This document shows positions 1 to 6,877 of a stretch of 6,877 nucleotides of DNA, one piece after another; within the stretch, counting starts at the first letter, position 1, and each line of letters begins with the position of its first letter. The translations under genes were made by a program, and so were the position numbers. Under the pieces are notes generated by a model. That model was not told the DNA's origin. It worked only from the letters and a program-made list of their open reading frames with translations, and ran no database searches. The stretch comes from Selaginella moellendorffii (Eukaryota; Plantae; Lycopodiophyta): NCBI RefSeq assembly GCF_000143415.4, contig NW_003314660.1, forward strand, positions 1 to 6,877, read 5' to 3'.

Positions 1-1
1 A

Positions 2-472
2 TTACCAACGGAGTTGGGTTTACCTTTGCGATTACCATGAGCTGCCGATGCTAGGTCGTGGGATTAGTATTTGATGAGCATTTTTCCACTTGTTTAAGTA
101 GAGTTTGCCAAATATCTAGGCCGCGTACAAATGGGACAACAATGGCACTATAACTTCTATTATCATCCACCTGTGGAATACAAAGTGGATGATTTAATGT
201 TAGTTTGTTTTCTCTATCTTATGGTACGTGGTTTATCTAAGGGGCTCTTTTCTTGGTGGAAAGGACTATATTGGGTGTTGCGGCAAGTTAGACTGCAAGT
301 TTAGAAGGTTCGGCATCACATCCAATAGGTCAATCCTCCAGAAATTGTATATGTACAACAGTTAAAATGCTTCATAGAAAGGGATCAGGAACAACTGATA
401 CCACATACAAATCCACCAATGCCTCCTCCTGATGTTCTTCTAAATCTTGGTTTATCTATGAGAGAACTTTAA
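2..472 (+). mobile_element. Degenerate Ty3/Gypsy-type retrotransposon pol 3' end (integrase C-terminal region), pseudogenised
   Basis: Manual translation of frame +2 gives LPTELGLP...QQWHYN...VEYKVDDLMLV...GLSKGLFSWWKGLYWVLRQV...PPEIVYVQQLKCF...*(470-472). This matches the Gypsy integrase C-terminal pattern (RLPxEL; QKxYYD; F/YxVGDxVLV; WxGPYxV; VHVxxLKxF). There are five internal stops (38, 65, 95, 302, 326), and a polypurine tract follows. Confidence 0.75.
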
Positions 473-489
473 TGGTCTTCCATCATTCT

Positions 490-501
490 AAGAGGAGGGG
501 A
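490..501 (+). promoter_or_regulatory. Polypurine tract (PPT) of LTR retrotransposon
   Basis: AAGAGGAGGGGA lies 17 nt after the pol stop and is directly followed by TG (502-503), the expected arrangement just before a 3' LTR. Confidence 0.65.
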
Positions 502-847
502 TGATATAAGGTTTAAGTGTACGGTTACAATGCTATATATTAATATTAGCATAGTGAGAATCATATTGGTTTCAATCTGGACCACTCACTCAGGTTTTTA
601 GGTTAATTGATATGCATATTTTCTATATTCCCTTTCCATATTCCATGCACTCACAAAACCATATTGAGCTACTTAAAAACCTATATAAAAATAAAAACAC
701 CATGTATGGAATGAAAACTATACTAACACCAAGATTTCTACCTAGATAAGCTATTGCTTGTACAAAAGTTGAGATTTTATTTTTTCCCTTGAATTTCCTT
801 GAAGAAAAACCAGGGAACCAATGCTGGACAAGCATGTTTTTTTGTTC
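502..847 (+). repeat. Probable 3' LTR (right boundary unknown; sequence runs into the gap)
   Basis: It follows the PPT, is AT-rich and contains CTATATAAAA at 681-690. No second LTR copy is in the window to confirm the ends. Confidence 0.4.
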
Positions 848-947
848 NNNNNNNNNNNNNNNNNNNNNNNNNNNNNNNNNNNNNNNNNNNNNNNNNNNNN
901 NNNNNNNNNNNNNNNNNNNNNNNNNNNNNNNNNNNNNNNNNNNNNNN
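848..947. other. Assembly gap (100 N)
   Basis: A run of exactly 100 Ns, typical of a placeholder for a gap of unknown size. Confidence 0.99.
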
Positions 948-1714
948 ACCTCACAACTTATACTTTGATGATCAACTATTGAGAAAAAATTGTGCGACAC
1001 AAATGAGCTTCTTGCAACACTAAGGTCTTGCAGCAAAAAGTAGGAACTTGAACAGTTGCTATCAAAGACTTATTTTGAGAAATGTTATTAAGTTCATAAA
1101 CCTTTCGTAATAAGTACCATGAAATATGGCTATCATGTCAAACTGAAAAATGATCTGGGCAACGGGAGTGTGGAAACCCAAAGCCAGGTTGGCTGTAAAT
1201 TGTTTTGACTGGTTGGAAGATTTGATTTGAAGATGGTTGAGCCGGATAGGAAGATGAGGTTAATAGGAGCCTGTGGATCACAGAAAGAAAGTAGTAACAA
1301 CGTGTCCACCAAGAACTCCTATCCCACATGATTGGTGGTAATCTCTTTTTGACTCTGTGTAAATTTGCCACAAGGAACAATCCTAAGAGCAAGTGCAAGT
1401 TAGTATAATACATATCACTTGCTATTTAATTACTAAACTTGATTGAATTTGGTCAGAGTATTTACAGCGAGTTCACCTTAGAGTTCAAGTGACCACACCC
1501 AGGTTCTTTCTTGTGGAAGAAAATGGGTTGTGAAAATTTGTGGATCTTTGGCTGAGTCATTTTCATCAACCACCAGAGTCAACTCTCTAGAACATTCCAC
1601 CCATAGATAATATCCCCCCAGAATCTGGGAAGGTCGAGCAGTGAGAAAAGCCAAAATTTACTTGTTCATACGAGGAATTGGTTATTCTTTTATCTTTAAG
1701 CAAGGACTATTTAA

Positions 1715-1780
1715 AGATCAGTCAGTTAGGACTTCCGTTTCTCAAAGCATGCGTTTCAGGTTCGATTCTGGTCGATATTA
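1715..1780 (+). repeat. tRNA-derived (SINE-head/pseudo-tRNA-like) repeat, copy 1
   Basis: Ungapped 56/66 identity to 6475-6540. It has an A-box-like CAGTCAGTTAGGA and a B-box-like GGTTCGATTC, resembling plant tRNA-Glu D- and T-arms. No intact acceptor stem. Confidence 0.6.
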
Positions 1781-1963
1781 CAAAAGCTAAGATATTCTTG
1801 AGTTATATCTCCTTTGCTGGAGGAATGACAGCACCTCCGTTTGCTCCACATTTTTGTGGAAGAGAAGAATTGGTTGGAGGCTTTTGTGTCGCTGGATAAA
1901 AGTTTGTGGATCTCACATTCCTGAAACAATACCGTTTATCGAGTATTCGTGCTTCAGCGATTC

Positions 1964-3519
1964 ATGGCGTGGATGGCTATGCCGACGACGGTGCTCAACA
2001 ATCATCCTCCGTCACTGCTCCCTTCTTCCTCAGCTCCTTTGCTAGAAGCTCTCAAGAGAACCGGCGAGGAGCGTGTCGCTGCGTTTCACTTCCCAGGCCA
2101 CGGCCGCGGCTCCTCAGCGCCCTCTTCGATTTCCAAGCTTCTCGGAGCTCAACCCTTCCAGTTTGATCTCCCGGAGCTGCCAGGCCTGGATAACTTGCAC
2201 TCGCCACAAGAAGCTATAGCGGAAGCGCAGCAAATGGCCGCCGAGCTTTTCGGAGCAGGGTACTCGTGGTTCTTGGTGAACGGCTCTACGTGTGGAATTC
2301 AAGCGGCGGTGATGAGCTGCTGCAAGCCCGGAGACGTTTTGATCCTCCCCAGGAACGCCCACGTCTCGGCATTCTCAGCCATGGTTCTTGCTGGAGCAAT
2401 GCCTCACTATGTTCTTCCTTGTTATGACGAGCTCTGGGAGATTTCTCACGGCGTCTCCGCCGAGAGCATCGAGTTGGCCATCTTGGATCTGCAGAAAAGA
2501 AAAGACGTGAGAATTGGAGCTGTTCTGATTGTCTCGCCAACTTACTTTGGAGTGTGTAGCCCAGTGGAGGAGATCGCAAAGGTGTGTCACGAGCATGGTA
2601 TCCCGATCATAGTTGACGAGGCTCATGGAGCGCACTTCAAGTTCCACTCGAGGTTTCCTGCAACGGCACTCGAGCAGGGAGCCGACGTTGTTGTCCAATC
2701 CACGCATAAGGTACTCTCGTCTCTTACGCAGTCCGGGATGCTCCATCTTGCGAGAGGCTGCGAGATTGTAAAGCACGAGAGAATTAGCAAGTGCCTTCGA
2801 ACCTTGCAAAGCTCCAGTCCGAGTTACCTTCTCTTGGCCTCTCTCGATGCCGCAAGGGACCAGATGAGTTGTGCAGCAAGCGATGACCATCCATTGTTTG
2901 ATACAGCTCTGGAGCTGGCTTCCACAGCTCGACGACGCCTGAAACAAATCCCACAAGTTTTAGTCCTTGATAGAGAAAATGTGAGCTTGGCAGCCAAAGC
3001 TGATACCATTTTTGATGAGCTTAGGATCACCATTGGTTTGTGGGAGCTCGGAGTCACAGGAACTTTTGCCGATGACTTTCTGTGCGATAAATGCAAGGTG
3101 GTGGCCGAGCTTCCTCTTCTGAACTCCATAACTTTTGCTATGGGAACCGGCACTAGCAGCAGCGACATTGAGAAACTTATCAAAGGCTTTCAAGAGCTTT
3201 CGAGTTCTTTCAGATTGACGATAGATTCTTATTCCAGACCCCGAGTGCCTGATTGTTACAAAATCGGATGGAAAGCACTAGTTAGTCCAAGAGAGGCATT
3301 CTTTGCAGAAACTTACTGCTGCAAAGCTGAAGAAGCAGTGGGTCTAGCGAGTGCTGAGCTCGTGTGCCCGTATCCACCTGGTATTTCTGTGCTCTTTCCT
3401 CGAGTGGAGAGCTCGTCTCGCAGGAGGCTCTTGGCTATTTGAAGCAAGCCCATGCTTCAGGAATTACCATCAGTGGAGCATCAGATCCAACTCTGTCCAC
3501 ACTTCATGTCTTGAAGTGA
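1964..3519 (+). CDS. Bacterial-type Orn/Lys/Arg decarboxylase (fold-type I PLP enzyme, wingless; OKR_DC_1 plus C-terminal domain), intronless. A 5-nt insertion at ~3401-3405 frameshifts the last 37 codons (possible pseudogene or sequencing error)
   Basis: Motifs FHFPGH, DLPELPGLDNL, LVNGSTCGI, PRNAHVS, VSPTYFG, DEAHGAH, the PLP-lysine motif QSTHKVLSSLTQ, SSSPSYLLLASLD, SPREAFF and PYPPG are present. First in-frame ATG is at 1964 (the track ORF starts at GTG 1949 and stops at 3442). The conserved tail GELVSQEALGYLKQAHASGITISGASDPTLSTLHVLK* continues in another frame at 3406-3519. The repaired protein is 516 aa. Confidence 0.9.
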
Positions 3520-3586
3520 CAGCACAAAGATCCAGCTGCAAAGAAAACAACAAGAGTTAGATAACTGCAAAGGCATAGAAACTTCA

Positions 3587-5556
3587 TTACGTACCAATCA
3601 CTTCAAGGTTGTCATAGTTTTCATTATTTGAGCCTGAGTATATGTTTGCCATGAGAGCATAAGCTGTACCACCTTGATCGTCAACCTTTGGCAGAGCATC
3701 AAAGGCTACCTCTCCAATCACTGCATTTTTCCACTTGAAACAAGCCCCAAGCAAAGCCATCCATATCCTGGAGCACACCTCTTCCACGGGCAGGCTTTGC
3801 ACCATCGCAAGCGCATCCTCCAGCCGATTAGCACGTCCAAGTAGATCAACCATGGAGATTACGTGCTCCACACTCGGACTAAGTCCATAGTCCGAGCACA
3901 TCGCGTGAAAGTATTCCATCCCCTTGTCGACCAAACCAGCGTGGCAGCAGACCGATAGAACTGAAGAGAATGTCACAGCGTCCGGCTTGGCGAACTCTTG
4001 CATTCTCTCGAACAGATCAAACACCGCGTCACTGTCCCCTTGACGGCTGTATCCCGCGATCAGTGCACTCCAAGACACTGCGTCCTTGTCTGGAAACCCA
4101 TCAAACACTCGCCGAGATTCCACCATGTCACCACACTTGCCGTAGAAACTTATGAGCGAGTTTGCCACCGCCGGAGAGCTCTCGGCCCCAGTTTCTTCGA
4201 TCAGACGATGGATTGCCTGTCCAGCCTGTAGTGCTCCAAGACCACCACAGGCCTTAAGTACCGATGCAAAAGTCTGCGAGTCCGGTTTCAGTCCTTGGAG
4301 TCCCATTTTCGAAAACTCCTGCAGGGCCAGCTCATGATGTTCCACGAAACCAAGTCTTTGATCACCATTTTGTCAAAAACCCGAGCCGCATCATCCAAAC
4401 TTCCACACCAAGCGTAGAGACTGATCAAGTTGTTTGCAGCGTAAACATCTTCCAGCCCGTCGAGAAACCGGAAATGAAAAGCCAATCCCTTCTCCAACGA
4501 CGCCACTTTCAAGGGCCTTCCATCCACAAGCCGAGCCTCTTCCTTCTCGGCCATATCCAAGCATGCCTGGAGAACCGCCACCAAAGTTCTGGAGCTGACG
4601 ACCACGTCTAACGCTTGCATGGCCGTGAATAGCTCGACAGCTCGCTGGGCCTCGCCACCTTTTGCATATCCCATGATCAAAACATTCCAGGAGACCGAAT
4701 CCCGCTCTAACATCCCATCGAAAACTCGCTGGCAATCCAGCAATCTCCCCCACTTTGCATACATATCCATCAGACTGTTGGAGACGAAAACGCTGGACGA
4801 AATCCCTGTCCCTGTTCTTGCAAACTTGGAGTAAATCTCTCCGCCCCTGTCCAGCCATCCCAGATTCGTGCAAGCGTCGAGCACGGCCACCAGAGTCCGA
4901 GCATTCGCCTCCACTCCATCTTCCAAAAGCATAAGCTCAAAGAGCTCCAAGGCTAGCTCGTCTTCCCCTCCTTGCGAGCAAGCGCTGATCATGGCACTCC
5001 ACAAAACCACGTCCTTTGTTCCCAACTTGGCAGCCTGGAAAATCTCTAGAGCTTCTCTCACGGTGCCACACTTTCCATAGAAATCCACCAGGGCGCTCGC
5101 CACGAACCTGTCCACCAAGAATCCACCACTCTGGAGCTGGGAATGAAGAGCCAATCCTCTCTTGAGGCTCCTGAGTTTGATGATCCTCCCCTGTAAATAT
5201 GTCACCCCCTTTTCTGTAGCGGCCATCGAAGAACACGCGTGGAGAGCCGCGCAGAAGCTCCGGCCGTTTGGATCCAACCCCTCGGCATGCAGCCGCCCAA
5301 AGAACAGAAGCGAGAGATCCGGCTGGCCGCTCCGTGGGTAGCCGTCGATGACGCAGTTCCACGACGCCGCGGTGCGCCGATCCATGGAATCGAAAATGCG
5401 GCGTGCGTCATCCATCATGCCCCGTTTTGCAAATCCATCAATGATTGCGTTGATCAAGCCGATGTTCTTACCGGAGAGGAGATCGCGCTTGCGGCCGTCG
5501 CCGTCCAGCTGGATTGGAGCCATTTCTCGTAGCGCGACATTGATTTGCCCAATCAT
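3587..5556 (-). pseudogene. PLS-class pentatricopeptide repeat protein with E1 and truncated E2 domain, no DYW (organellar RNA-editing factor type), frameshifted at ~4332-4336
   Basis: Track ORFs 4288-5556 and 3587-4345 are two halves of one array: (S-P-L)x4, S, P2-L2-S2 (FSSVLSVCCHAGLVDKG; MVDLLGRANRLEDA), E1 (WMALLGAC) and the start of E2 (AYALMANIY). The fourth P motif is broken between SWNIM and HELALQEF. Confidence 0.9.
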
Positions 5557-5704
5557 CTGATTTTAGGGTTCTTGAGGTTTAGAGACGAAGAACAAATCCT
5601 GACCGTTAAAAACAATCGTAGTAAAATCTGGGCAGATGTGGTGGCGCTCTGGCGGCTATCTGCCGGTGGAGGAGCGGCGCTGTGGAAAATTTTCATTCAG
5701 AGAA

Positions 5705-5712
5705 CTTATATA
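5705..5712 (-). promoter_or_regulatory. Putative TATA box of the PPR gene
   Basis: TATATAAG on the minus strand ~150 nt upstream of the PPR ATG, with CCACAG ~30 nt downstream as a possible initiator. A telo-box-like AACCCTAAAA lies at 5561-5570 (minus). Confidence 0.35.
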
Positions 5713-6310
5713 ACTCATGACCATTTTTGGGTTCGTTTTCTTTCTTTTACAGGAAAATAAAAATAGTAAGAACAATAGGAGGATAATGAAAAAAACTGTG
5801 CTTGCTCTATGCAAACTCACTGGATGCCGAGAGAGCGTTCTTGTGAGATTTGATCAGGCCTCCCAAAACCTGGCCGTGTTTTCGATACGGTCCTGGATCT
5901 GCCAATCTACGATCCTTGCCTGGGTACATTTACAGACGAGCAGAGCGACGGGAATGAGCTACCAGTTGTTCTCCTCACTTCTTCATTCGCGAGAAAATCT
6001 CGAACAAAACTCTCCTGTCGATTTTCCTTCCTTGGCCGAGTGGTTTAATCCACCACTGAGCGAACTCCCCACACCCAGAGCGCCACTATCGTCCTTGGAT
6101 CCCACCACGCGGTGGTCGTCAAGTATTTTGGGAAGAGGAGCGGCGCCCGGATCCATCTAGATCCCGTCCTCTTACCTCTAAAATCGGGGAAGCGCTTCTG
6201 CCAAGGACGAAACGCTGGCCTCGAGCAGCGAGAATGCGGGTCGATCCGGGATTTAACAGAGTGCCATGGATGCCATATGGTTCAAATAGATGGTATGATA
6301 TATTGTTATT

Positions 6311-6397
6311 GGAACCCGGTTGCTGAGATAATGGCTACCAGGTAAGTGTAGAGGTAAACCGGTATAGAAGACCCGGGTTCGATGCCGGAAGGGTCCA
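6311..6397 (+). ncRNA. tRNA-like / Pol III-type structured element (pseudo-tRNA or SINE head)
   Basis: T-arm-like GACCCGGGTTCGATGCCGG (6370-6388); possible GGA(A)CCC/GGGTCCA terminal pairing; inner stem TACC(A)GGT/ACCGGTA. The D-arm is non-canonical. Confidence 0.3.
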
Positions 6398-6474
6398 ATC
6401 AACAGGGACTTTTATGCAAAAATCTTGCTCTTTAAGTAGCCCTTTGTTCTGGTTCGTAGCTCACTAAAAGAACT

Positions 6475-6540
6475 AGACCAGTCAGTTAGGACATCGGTTT
6501 CCCAGAGCATGCGTTTCGGGTTCGATTCTTGCCAATGTTA
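6475..6540 (+). repeat. tRNA-derived (SINE-head/pseudo-tRNA-like) repeat, copy 2
   Basis: Direct repeat of 1715-1780 (offset 4760 nt, 10 mismatches). It contains AGTTAGGACATCGG and a CGGGTTCGATTC B-box. Confidence 0.6.
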
Positions 6541-6710
6541 TCTGCAAGGCAAAGAATATTCGCATGTTAACATCAAACCAAAAATGTTTATAATTCTTAA
6601 ACTCAAATTAAGATTGAAAGAAAACATCATTTAATATTATTAATTGTAAAATAATTAGAAATGAAAGTTAAAAGAGAGCTTTCACTTTATTCCCATCATT
6701 TTACCGCTCT

Positions 6711-6877
6711 CTATTCTATTTGGATTGTTCTTGGCTGTGGCTTGGGGATCTTTGGAATTGTGACAGTGAGGACACCGTGTTCTACTGTAGCTTTGATTGC
6801 CTCCACATTCGCACTCTCGGGCAGCCGGAATTTCCGCAAGAAGCTGCCATGGCTGCGCTCCACGCGGTGCCACTTAT
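6711..6877 (-). CDS. Small heat-shock protein (HSP20/alpha-crystallin domain, cytosolic class I-like), 3' part; the gene continues beyond the window
   Basis: The minus frame from 6875 reads [54 protein letters not shown] (TAG at 6713-6711). It has the class I WHRVERSxGxFxRxFRLP and GVLTVT motifs and a C-terminal IxI motif. Confidence 0.95.
   Translation of the reverse strand, partial: KWHRVERSHGSFLRKFRLPESANVEAIKATVEHGVLTVTIPKIPKPQPRTIQIE

Noticed and set aside
623-1036. ORFs 623-1036, 751-954 and 799-1023
   Set aside because: They are open only because they span the N gap.
1138-1413. 91-aa minus-strand ORF
   Set aside because: No recognisable motif; within chance length.
1678-2166. Short plus-strand ORFs upstream of or overlapping the decarboxylase start
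   Set aside because: They cross the tRNA-derived repeat or are alternate frames of the real gene; no homology evident.
3381-3423. GT...CAG mini-intron that might rescue the decarboxylase frameshift
   Set aside because: Splicing these 43 nt does not restore the conserved frame and would remove conserved residues.
2114-3560. Antisense and alternate-frame ORFs within the decarboxylase, including 3351-3560
   Set aside because: Shadow ORFs. The true C-terminal tail is in the third frame (3406-3519).
3970-5560. Many 60-160-aa ORFs overlapping the PPR
   Set aside because: Shadow frames of a GC-rich coding region.
6214-6231. GCTGGCCTCGAGCAGCGA resembling plant SRP (7SL) RNA helix 8
   Set aside because: Short, imperfect match without the rest of the SRP RNA sequence or structure.
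5717-6345. Plus-strand ORFs of 147 aa and 77 aa
   Set aside because: No recognisable domain; the first begins in AT-rich, low-complexity promoter- or intron-like DNA.
6475-6540. Functional tRNA-Glu gene
   Set aside because: The acceptor and T stems are disrupted and no proper 7-nt anticodon loop forms; kept only as a tRNA-derived repeat.
1-6877. Prokaryotic operon, CRISPR array or defence system
   Set aside because: Plant-specific PLS PPR, plant sHSP and a Gypsy relic indicate plant nuclear DNA; no regularly spaced repeats or cas-like ORFs are visible.

Overview
Eukaryotic, land-plant nuclear DNA. The compact intronless genes and PLS-E PPR style suggest a lycophyte such as Selaginella, but that is an inference. 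From left to right the window holds: the decayed 3' end of a Ty3/Gypsy LTR retrotransposon (integrase C-terminus with GPY/F-like motif, polypurine tract, probable start of the 3' LTR); a 100-N assembly gap; an AT-rich spacer; and an intronless bacterial-type (fold-type I PLP) Orn/Lys/Arg decarboxylase gene on + with a 5-nt frameshifting insertion near its 3' end. Next comes a convergent PLS-class PPR gene with an E1 domain on -, broken by an inferred ~31-nt deletion, and finally the 3' end of a class I cytosolic small heat-shock protein gene on -, which the ORF track shows in the wrong frame. Two copies of a 66-bp tRNA-derived (SINE-like) direct repeat bracket the decarboxylase+PPR pair, and a second tRNA-like structured element lies at ~6311-6397. 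I cannot support a clearly new multi-gene system. The best leads are the bacterial-type decarboxylase, the PPR with alternating L motifs that carry long insertions, and the tRNA-derived repeats.
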